Origin: Octopus sinensis | Taxonomy: Eukaryota | Assembly (NCBI RefSeq): GCF_006345805.1 | Contig: NC_042997.1 | Location: 126,604,001-126,668,000, forward strand | Length of the DNA: 64,000 bases | Reading direction: 5' to 3' | Shown here: one piece after another, positions 53,120-64,000 of the stretch | Layout of the letters: each line of letters begins with the position of its first letter | Numbering within the stretch: position 1 is the first letter of the stretch | The notes under the pieces: generated by a model | Told to the model about the DNA's origin: nothing | Databases searched by the model: none | What the model saw: the letters and a program-made list of their open reading frames with translations, nothing else | Translations under genes and position numbers: made by a program

Positions 53120-54550
53120 TCATCATCATCATTATCATCATCGTATAACTCCATTTTCCATGCTAGCATGGGTTGGACAGTTCGACCGGGGTCTGGGAAA
53201 CCAGGAGGCTGTGCCAGGCTCCCGTCTGATCTGGCAGTGTTTCTACAGCTGGATGCCTTTCCTAACGCCAACCACTCTGTGAGTGTAGTGGGTGCTTTTT
53301 ATGTGCCACCGGCACAGGGGCCCGAGGATTTTGGCAAACAGGCACAATCAGTTGGTGCTTTTTACACGTCACCAATACAGAAGCCAGTCAGGCGGTGCTG
53401 GTATCAGCCATGTTCGGATGGTGCTTATATATATATATATATATATACATGAAGATATACTTATAAACATGTATGTATGTGAGTGTGGATGTCTTTGAGT
53501 CTGTGTTTGTTCCCACTATTACTTCGCAACTATTGTTTCATGTCCTTATAACTTAGTGGTTCAATCAAAGAGATTGATAGAATAAACACCAAACTTTAAA
53601 AAAGCCCATATGTGCTAGGGGTCAATTTGCTTGATTAAACCTTTTAAAGTGATGCTACAGCATGGCCACCGTTCAATGACTGAAACAAGTAAAAAATGAA
53701 AGATTCGAATACAAGGGACCCAAGAAGATGTGGGATGAAGTGACGAAGCGTCACTGCAGGTTTTGAGTCTCACAAAGGTGATGACAAATGACTGAGACTG
53801 TTACCTAGTGCTGGCAATGTATATAAGGCACCTGTACCAGTGACATCTAAATAGCACCTGTGCTGGTGACAAGTAAGAGGCACTCATCATCATCATCATC
53901 ATCTTCATTATCATCGTTTAACGTCTGCTTTCCATGGTAGCATGAGTTGGATGATTTGATTGAGGACTGGCAAACCAGAAGGCTGCACCAGGCTCCAATC
54001 TGATCTGGCAGAGTTTCTACAGCTAGATGCCCTTCCTAATGCCAACCACTCCGAGAGTGTAGTGGGTGCTTTTACATGCCACCGGCACGGGGGCCAGTCA
54101 GGTGGTACTGGCAACGACCTCGCTCGAATGTTTTTTTCATGTGCCAGTAAGGCAACACTGGTAATGATCATGCTTGAATGGTGCCTTTTACGTGCCACCA
54201 GCATGGAAGCCAGTTAGCCGCTCTGACAACGATCATGCTCAGATGGTGCTCTTAGCACCCCACTAGCATGGATGCCAGTCATCGAATGTGATTTCAATTA
54301 CTCATGTCGACAACATATAAAGTACCTGTCTCGATGACACATTAAAGGAACTAGTGCCAGTGATATGAAAATTGCCACCAGTACACTCTATGGAGTAGTT
54401 GGATTTAGGAAAGGCATCCAGCTATAAAAACCAAGCCAAAACAGACTGGAGTCTGGTGCAGCTCTCTGCTTATCAGTTTCAGTCAAACTGTTTAACCCAT
54501 GCCAGTATGGAAAACAGATGCTAAATGATGCTGATAGTCGTGATGATGTA
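53120..54550. mobile_element. Cluster of (GAT)n-type elements: 53120-53430 (-), 53885-54300 (-), 54330-54550 (+)
   Basis: Family matches. Confidence 0.8.
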
Positions 54551-54967
54551 CATGCATATAATCATTTAGAGACCTTCACACTGTTAGCTATTTCACTAAA
54601 TTCATGAAAACAAGTTTGCTTGAGAAAAATTGACACAGCACAAAGGGCATTTGAATAAACTCTACATATATCAGAATATATTTCTAGCTATTCTTCAAAC
54701 CAATATCGGGAAATATAACCTCTACAATGATCATACAAACATCTGACAACTGAAGGAAGATAATTTCAAATTGTGATGCACAGATATTCTCTTACAGCAA
54801 CAGTTTTAAGTTTGGGGAAAATGTTATTCAGAACTAGTCGAATGTTGTTATAGAAACAAACAACAAAAACACCAGCAAATTGATATAACTGAGCCTGACA
54901 GAAGAATTATATCAATGTCATATACGTATGTAAGTGCACATGAAGTGCATATGTGTGTGTGTGTATA

Positions 54968-55187
54968 TACCTGGTGGCCCAAAAGTAAGTTTACAGTTAT
55001 CACGTAGGCACCTTAAATTTCTTTAAAAAGATTTTATTACATTTAAATTTCTATCTTACAAACTGAAAAGGGAGTTTGACAAAATTAATTAAATTATCAA
55101 AGAATTTTGGTTTCATATTTTTTTTATAGTTGAGATCTAAACTGTTAATATATGAATGTGAAAGACATACTTTCAGGCTACCCTGTA
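54968..55187. mobile_element. Tc1/mariner-like MITE
   Basis: Imperfect 20-bp TIRs tacctggtggcccaaaagta / tactttcaggctaccctgta, in a TA context. Confidence 0.6.
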
Positions 55188-55270
55188 TATATTCCCTTCC
55201 TATATCCATCCTTTTCCAGAATAACTCTTTATATTGAACTCTACTATTTCCCTCTAGTTAACTCTCTCAT

Positions 55271-55321
55271 ATCGTCTCTCAAGAAGGGATAACCCTAATA
55301 TCCCAGAAGCAACTGTAAGAC
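55271..55321 (+). ncRNA. Degenerate type I hammerhead-like motif, same family as 2990-3052
   Basis: atcgtct CTCAAGA a gggata accctaa tatccc a GAAGC AACT GTA agac. Confidence 0.5.
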
Positions 55322-55397
55322 TACCTTTCTCTTTATAAATGTCCTATAAATTTCACACAACCTTGATTTTGTTGTGTCATTTTATTTATCATATATA

Positions 55398-55961
55398 CAT
55401 CATCATCATCATCATCTTTTAACGTCTGCTTCCATGCTGGCATGGATTGGACGGTTTGACTGAGGACTGGGAAGCCAGGAGGCTGCACCAGGCTCCAATC
55501 TTACCTGGCAAGATTTCTACAGATGGATGTCCTTCCCAATACCAACCACTCTGAGAGTGTAGCAGGTGCTTTTTATGTGCCACCGGCATGGGGGACAGTC
55601 AGGCAGTACTAGCATCAACCACGCTCGAATGGTGCTTTTTACGTGCCATCAGCATGGGAGCTAGACAGTCTCTCTCTCTCTCTCTCTGTATATATATATA
55701 TATATATATATAAGCACCATCCGTAAAAGCACCATCCGTTCGTGGCCGTTCGCCAGCTCTGTCTGGCACCTGTGCAGGTGGCACGTAAAAAACACCCACT
55801 ACACTCGCGGAGTGGTTGGCGTTAGGAAGGGCATCCAGCCGTAGAAACACTGCCAGATCTGACTGGGCCTGACGAAGCCCTCCAGCTTCACAGACCCCAG
55901 TTGACCCGTCCAACCCATGCTAGCATGGAAAGCGGACGCTAAATGATGATGATGATGATGA

Positions 55962-55965
<4 letters not shown>
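55398..55965. mobile_element. Inverted pair of (GAT)n-type elements: 55398-55670 (-) and 55710-55965 (+)
   Basis: (CAT)n at the left end and (GAT)n at the right end, separated by ~45 bp of (CT)n(TA)n. Confidence 0.85.
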
Positions 55966-56008
<43 letters not shown>

Positions 56009-56164
56009 TATGCATGCATATATATATGTGTGTATTTTTGTGTATACATACAAATATATCACAGTATTGCCCAGATCATCAGGTGCTGTTTTACACGTAA
56101 AAAGCACCTGCTACACTCTCAGAGTGGTTGGTATTAGGAAGGACATCCATCTGTAGAAATCTCA

Positions 56165-56510
56165 ATACACTTTCACCTCCATCATGATTGTGTCATTCTT
56201 TTCCATCTCGCCCTGAATTGCTTAATCAAATTACCTTCCCAACCTCGTGGAATCCTCCTGAGTAGCCTTTGCTGATCTTCTGGATACCGTTCAACAACTG
56301 CACAGGTCTCCTTGTTGTCTTTAAGCCTTGTGACATGTCCAGCTCAGTGAAACTTGTGCCTTTGGTTCTCTGTGATCACATCATTCTCCCTACGCCATTC
56401 TTGAATTATCTCATTTCAAATATGCTCCCTTAATGGTATTCCTACCATGGATCTGTCCATGGCCCTTTGTGTCGTAGCTAGTTGATGTTTCATTGTCTTT
56501 GTAGAAGCCT
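56165..56510 (-). mobile_element. RTE-type LINE 3' fragment
   Basis: TQRAMDRSMVGIPLREHI*NEII...HKFH*AGHVTRLKDN. Confidence 0.8.
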
Positions 56511-56574
56511 ACAAATCACTTGCATATAAGAGCATAGGTAGGATGATGCTCAGACACTACAACATATATATATA

Positions 56575-56985
56575 GGCGCAGGAGTGGCTGTGTGGTAAGT
56601 AGTTTGTTTACGAACCACATGGTTCCGGGTTCAGTCCCACTGCGTGGCACCTTGGGCAAGTGTCTTCTACCATAGCCTTGGACTGACCAAAGCCTTGTGA
56701 GTGGATTTGGTAGACAGAAACTGAAAGAAGACTGTCGTATATATGTATATGTATATATGTATGTGTGTGTATATGTTTGTGTGACTGTGTTTGTCCCCGC
56801 AACATTGCTTGACAACCAATGCTGGTGTGTTTACGTCCCCGTCACTTAGCGGTTCGGCAAAAGAGACTGATAGAATAAGTACTAGGCTTACAAAGAATAA
56901 GTCCTGAGGTTGATTTGCTTGATTAAAGGCGGTGCTCCAGCATGGCCGCAGTCAAATGACTGAAGCAAGTAAAAGAGAGAGAGAA
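56575..56985 (+). mobile_element. Well-preserved full CORE-type SINE
   Basis: ggcgcaggagtggctgtgtggtaag...gtggcaccttgggcaagtgtctt...caaatgactgaagcaagtaaaagag. Confidence 0.9.
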
Positions 56986-57644
56986 AAGAGAATATATACA
57001 TATATCTGTTCACCCTCTCAATCAGGTTTACCTCTTTACCCATATATACCCTTGGTTGCATTTTTGCAACACAAAACCTGCTCCTACATGTTTGGATACA
57101 AACTCACCAGGAAACATCTGACTGAACTTACGAAATGTTCAGTAGGTAGTCGACACCCATAGCTAACAGTTGCATACTGTCCTTGTCTCCCAGATTGTGA
57201 AAGCTTACCATAATGTTTAATCTAAATACAACGAAATTTTTTATGGGCAAAAATGGGTTAAAAGAGCCAAGCTGACAAAGTAAAAATAGAAGTAAAAAAA
57301 AAAGGAGAGAAAAGACTTTTTGGTCTTGCAATGGAAAAGACAAAGTTAGTGGTGTTGGTGCTATGATAAAATATACTCGGTACATACTGTCAATTGTTTG
57401 GTGTTAAGAAGAGCATATAACTATAGAGACCATGTGGAAAACACATGACTAAGATCATGTCCTCTGATCCATCTTCAGTAATCTGAAGAACTGGCTTGGA
57501 CCATGATGGCTCATCAAATCCATACTAGCATGGAAAATAAAAAAGGTAAATAGTTTCTATGGCATATAAGTTGCTGAGATAATAACCCCCACACCCGAAT
57601 AGGACACCAGTCTGTTACAGGTAAGTGAACCGCAGTGATGCGGA

Positions 57645-58065
57645 ATGTGGAGGCACATAGCCTAGTGAGCAACGGACTCACGATCAAGGGATTGTGGGTT
57701 TGAATCTCAGACCGAGCGATGTGTGTGTTTATGAGCGAAACACCTAAGCTACATGCAGCTCTAGTAGAAGATAATGGTGAACTTCTGCTGACTCTTTCGC
57801 CACAACTTCCTCTCACTCTTTCCTCCTGCATCTAGCAGCTCACCTGTGACGGACTGGCATCCCGTCCAGGTGAGGAACCTATATGCCAAAGAAACCGGGA
57901 AACTGGCCCTTATGAGCCAGGCATGGCTCGAGAAGGAACAAACAAGTGACATGGAATGAAGTGTTTTGCTCAAGAATATAATGCACTGCCCAGTCTGGAA
58001 ATGGAAACCACGACTTCATGATTGTGAGTATCACACATTAACCACTAAGCTATGCACCTTCATGT
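57645..58065. mobile_element. Two tRNA-headed SINEs tail to tail: 57645-57945 (+) and 57945-58065 (-)
   Basis: Homology to 2043-2350 and 22925-23168. Confidence 0.7.
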
Positions 58066-58633
58066 CAGTGTGCAAAATGGATGCATAATGATGGTAATAA
58101 AGAGATTTACATATGCACCCACACAATTCCACACATATGCATACAAATGCACATGATGGTGATAGGGTGGTCACAGTTGGAACGCCTTTCTTTATGGTGT
58201 TTGCTGCATCAAAACTCATCTGGGAGTAAACAACTAAAGAGAGGAACAGCTACATACACATTGATGAATTCTATAAACCGCTGTCTTTCAAAACTACAAT
58301 TTTCAACGACCAAGTAGCTTGAAGTGGGGAACAAGTTATGCCGTGTCTCAAGGAAAATGGAAATACAATAAGATGCAGCTAATATTTAGAAATATGGTAA
58401 GAAGAAACAAGAAGATTTACAAAAAACATTTGGGAAGCTCTGATGGAAAGAAAAGAAAGTTTGAAATATAAATGAAACAAATAAAATGTAAACTTTACAG
58501 TAATGGACAACTATTTTTAAAACAACTCAGGGAGAAAATTTCCCGATGGACTTTTTGAAAAGAGATTACATATCAGTAAATGTGAGTGTGTGTAATAATA
58601 TACATATATGTATATGTATATATATATATGTAT

Positions 58634-58723
<90 letters not shown>

Positions 58724-58936
58724 CACTTATACATATATGTATGATGTATATATGTGTGTCTACATTGGCTGCTGTCTTGCAGTTATGTGACTTTGTTTCT
58801 TTGTGTGTTTGTGTGTATTTATATACATGCATGTATGTATGTACGTTTATATCTATCAATCTACACACACGCACACATATATACAAAAACAAGCATATTA
58901 TTACATACGCATACGTATATATATGAATATACATAC

Positions 58937-59087
<151 letters not shown>

Positions 59088-59993
59088 ATAGATATATATA
59101 TATACATATACATGCATGCATATACATATATATACACGTATATATACACATTCATATATGCATACATATATATATACATACAAATATATATATTTATATC
59201 TGTATCTATATATCTATCTATACACACACATACACACTTACATACATAAACACATGCATATATATGCAACACCAAATCTATACAGGCTATGTGGGGTAGT
59301 ATGTGGATGTATGCACATATGGATTCTGGATTTTACCTTATATAAAAATAATTGATTACTTTTCTCGATTTTATATTCACAATCATGAATTCTTTAGTAT
59401 GCAGTTATCGACACACACACACACACACACACGCACACACACATTCCCACACATACATGCCCTTGTGCATATACTTACACGTGCTCTTGCATAGACGGGG
59501 ACATTCATAAACGTTTGTAGAATATACAAAAATCAAATAAGGTCTTGAATGATGTATATTCATTCACCAATAAACATACACAGACACATTCAGTGTTCAC
59601 ATAGATGTATACCGTGGTAGACATTACCACACTGACACAACATTCATAAAGATAGCATTTACAGAAACACAGACCCAACAGACATACATATACTCAAGGA
59701 TTATACATACATACATACATACATGCCTAACTGCATACATACATACATACATACATACATACACACATACATAATACATGCATACATACATATATACATA
59801 CATACATACATACATGCATGTATACACTCATATACCTGCACATACACACACACACATATATAATATGTATAATCTTATCTTATATTACATGTATATACAT
59901 AATCACACACAAGCATACATGTGCATATACATACATACATATATGTATATATATGTGTGTGTGTGTATTTATTTTTATTTATATATATTATAT

Positions 59994-60065
<72 letters not shown>

Positions 60066-60875
60066 ATACACACATACACCATGGTAAACATGGGTGTAAA
60101 GTGAAGAATAAGTAGGAAAAAAATTCCCCCAATCTATATAAACCTGAGCTTATAAACTCCAAAAAGTGCGTGTTTTTGTGAAAATTCAGTTTTCTGAAAA
60201 AGGAGGGGTGAAAAAAACTGCAAAATATCAAGATATTTAAAAGGTTGAAATACATGGTGAGCAAATGTAAAGTGTGTTGAATGCAACAAATGGGATTTGA
60301 AATGGCAATAAGGACATTTTTGTGTAGTACAGAAGCAGAGAAACACAAAGAAGGGCAGGGACTATATCAATAAGTATAACTCTTTTTTTTTTTTGGTATT
60401 CTGGTGTTTTTTGTTTTTTTAAAAATCCATAATGTTAACAGGAAGGCAGTTACTTTAGGCTTATAGTATTGCTTGTAAAAGATTTTATGAGTATTGTTGT
60501 GTATAGGACTCTGTCTATCTATCTATCTATCTATTTTTTAATATTTTAAAATCATTTTTCTTTTCAAGTTCCCTTTTGATTGGAATTCGACATCCCTTTT
60601 TCTTTCCTTCTCTTCTTCCCAAAAAGAAAAGCTCTACTTTGTATTTTGTCCCTTTTGTGTTCAGCCCTGTGTGGCCAATAAAGAAATCTATCTATCTATA
60701 TTTCTTTTTTTTTTTTTTCCTTTTCTCTCTCTCTTTTTACCATTCTTTTTGATTGAAAATCCACCCTCTTTTTCTTTTTTAGTTTTCTTTTTCTTTTTTT
60801 TCTCCCCAAAAAGAAAAGCTCTACTTTGTAATTTGTGCCCTCTGTGTTTAGCCCTGTGTGGCTAATAAAGAACCA

Positions 60876-60876
<1 letters not shown>

Positions 60877-60973
<97 letters not shown>

Positions 60974-61206
60974 ATTTCTTTATTGCCCTCAAGGGGCTAA
61001 ACATAGAGGGGACAAACAAGGACAGACAAAGGGATTAAGTCGATTACATCGACCCCAGTGCATAACTGGTACTCAATTTATTGACCCCGAAAGGATGAAA
61101 GGCAAGGTCGACCTTGGCGGAATTTGAGCTCAGAACATAATGGCAGACAAAATACCGCTAAGCATTTCGCCCGGTGTGGTAACATTTCTACCAGCTTACC
61201 GCCTTC

Positions 61207-61243
<37 letters not shown>

Positions 61244-61310
61244 CCTATCTATCTATCTAACTATCTATCTATCTATCTATCTGTCTATCTGTTAGTCTAC
61301 ATGTCTGTCT
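60877..61310 (-). mobile_element. SINE with ttgcctttcatcc core (60972-61205) embedded in (ATCT)n
   Basis: Family match with (ATCT)n on both sides. Confidence 0.85.
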
Positions 61311-61996
61311 ACCTATCAGTCTCTTTGCCTCTCTGTCAGTCTTTCTATGTATATAAAGATAAATAAAGTATATTAAATATCTTACTAGGAAAATTATCTC
61401 CAGTTCTAGATAAGAGAAGGGTTACTTGGTAGCAATTGGTGGAAACTCCAAATGAGAAGGGAAGATAATCTAAAATATCAAGGATTCTCCAAAGTTGACA
61501 TGTCATTAAAGAAAAGACAGTGTGATTGTCTAGAGACAAGAGGAGAGCTGTAGTTACATATTCCTGCCTCAATAGGCATCATCAGCACAGGAAATACTCT
61601 ACATTGTCTCCAGCAGAACGAGATATTTTTACATACACAAAAAACAGTACAACACATTTTTGGTCTGGGTAGTTTGAATAATTTAAACCAAAAAAATGAG
61701 CTAAAGAGAAATGACCGAGAGTGAGGAATTGCATGAATTTGAGCAACATCTGTGCGCAAAGGAACACTAATATTATATCATATAAATTCTTGTTTTATTG
61801 AAATTACTTCTGCTTCCAGAGAAGATAAAACAATTGCTAGATAGCAATTGGAACATATCTCCAAGTGAAAAAGGGAGATAATAGTAAGAAATAAGAATTT
61901 TCCAAAATTGATTTACCATTAACGAAAAGATAGTCTGTCTGTCTGTCTGTCTGTCCATCCGTCCGTCCATCCATCCAGCTATCTATCTATCTATCA

Positions 61997-62042
<46 letters not shown>

Positions 62043-62072
62043 TATCCATCCATCCGTCCATCCATCTATGTA

Positions 62073-62110
<38 letters not shown>

Positions 62111-62890
62111 CACACACAAGTTGCTTTTACACAGTTTCTGTCTATCAAATTCACTGACAGAGCATTTGTCAGCATAAGTTGCCACACAGTGGGACTGAAC
62201 TCAAAATCCTGTGGCTGCAAAACAAGCTTCTTAACTACACAGCCAAGTCTGTGCCTGTCATTATATTTCTGAATTCAAACCTTACCAATGTTGCTCTGCC
62301 TTTCATCCTTTGAAGTGGTGGTGGCAGTGGTGGGGTGGTCAACAAAATCTTTACCTGGTGGGTACCAGATCAATCTAATCATCCCTCCTACTCATATCCA
62401 CTCACACAAATCCATACCCAGCCTCCTCTCTAATATTCACCCATACAAATTCAAGGTCTCATATCTATGCTGAGGAAAAAGTGTCAATTTGAAGTGCAAA
62501 AAATGAAAGAAAATATATATATATTTATGCTGTTGTCAGCTGAAACACCTTTTCTGAAGTTTTGTAGACATTATAGTGAAAACTGCAGGGAATCTTAGCC
62601 TAGTTGAAGATGTACTAATTAAGCTACAAAGCTTTTATTACATACTTACCTCTTGCTCAATCACCCTTCTTATTATTTACTTCTCTTAATTAACAGTTTT
62701 GTCGTGTATGAATACATCTTTAATTACTTTAGCTTGCTTTGATGTAAAAATATTAAACTCATTATCAATGTCTTTATCTTTAAAAACAAAAATGTCTGCT
62801 AAACATAAATAAAAATGTTTCTTCTGCTTCTATTTCGTCATAAAGATAGTAAATTTAATGTGCTTTTGTTATTGATATTATTATTATTAA

Positions 62891-62948
<58 letters not shown>

Positions 62949-62949
62949 G

Positions 62950-63400
62950 AGGTGGCAAGCTGATAGAATTGTTAGCGCATTGGATGGAATGCTTAGCAGT
63001 ATTTTGTCCTTTGCTGCATTTTGTGTTCAAATTCTACCAAGGTTGACTTTGGCTTTCATCCTTCGGGGTCGATAGACTAAGTACCAGTTGAACACAGAGG
63101 TCAACATAATTGACTCATCCCCTCCCCCATAATTGTTGCCCTTGTGGAAAAATTTGAAACCATTATTATAATTATTACAATTAAGGTGATGGGCTGGTAG
63201 AATAAATAGCATGTCAGACAACATGATTAGAGACGTTTTTTACAGTGTTCTTTTTTTACTTTCTGAGTTCAAATTCCACTGAGGTCAGTATTGCCTTTCG
63301 ACCTTTCAGGATGGATAAAATAAAGAATAAGTGAAGAAGTGAGGCTGATGTCATTGACTAACCTCCCCACTTAAAATTGCTGACCTTGTGCTAAAATTTG
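62950..63400 (+). mobile_element. Two degenerate SINEs with ttgcctttcatcc core after (TTA)n
   Basis: Family match at 62950-63125 and 63195-63400. Confidence 0.7.
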
Positions 63401-63469
63401 AAACAATTATTATTATTTGTAAGGCAGTAAGGTGACAGAATTGTTAGTACCTTGGACAAAATACATAGT

Positions 63470-63930
63470 GACTGCCTGAATGGCACCCATGCCAGTGTCA
63501 TGTAAAAAGTACCATTCGAACATGGTCAATGCCAGTCCCATCGAAAAAACACCATATGAGCATGGTTGATACCAGTGCTGCCTGACTAGTCCCATACTGG
63601 TGGCATGCATGTAAAAAGAACCATTTGAATGTGGTCATCGTCAGTACCGCCTGACTGGCCCTTGTGCCAGTGGCACATAAAAGCACCATTCAAGCATGGT
63701 TGATGCCAGTGCCACCTGACTGGCCCCCATGCTCGTGGCATGTAAAAAGCACCCACTACACTCTTGGAGTGGTTGGCATCAGGAAGGGCATCCTGCTGTA
63801 GAAACCTTGCCAGATCAGATTGGAGTCTGGTGCAGCCTCCTGGGTTGCCAGTCCTCAGTCAAAACTTCCAACCCATGCCAGCATGGAATGTGGATATTAA
63901 ACAATGATGATAATGACGATGATGATGCAT
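63470..63930 (+). mobile_element. (GAT)n-tailed SINE-like element with 4-5 internal units
   Basis: Family match. Confidence 0.85.
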
Positions 63931-64000
63931 TTCTTTTGCCACTTTATATTCTGAATTTGTTGTACTATGGTCAACTTTACCTTTGATCTTTCAGGGTCAA

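Overview
This is AT-rich, microsatellite-dense eukaryotic genomic DNA, most likely from an octopus (inferred from the SINE families; not database-checked). The only host coding sequence I can support is three phase-0 exons on the + strand (31861-31935, 33767-33871, 44924-45205). They splice in frame to 154 aa of the MUN domain of a Munc13-4/BAIAP3-family protein. No other exon was found, so the rest of the window is probably intron. It is packed with several tRNA-headed and (GAT)n-tailed SINE families, 3' fragments of RLE (R4/Dong-like), RTE and CR1 LINEs, mariner and hAT relics, MITEs, a Helitron-like element and Penelope-type relics. Three features stand out: (1) a perfect 454-bp palindrome (8449-8902; 226-bp arms, 2-nt loop) carrying a complete type I hammerhead ribozyme motif in each arm; (2) a minisatellite seeded at an exon/intron junction that duplicated the 5' splice site in frame (33857-34230); (3) RLE-type elements stacked in (TAA)n microsatellites. 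Nearly all ORFs in the supplied track are microsatellite or SINE read-throughs. All family assignments are by eye and from recalled motifs; no searches were run.
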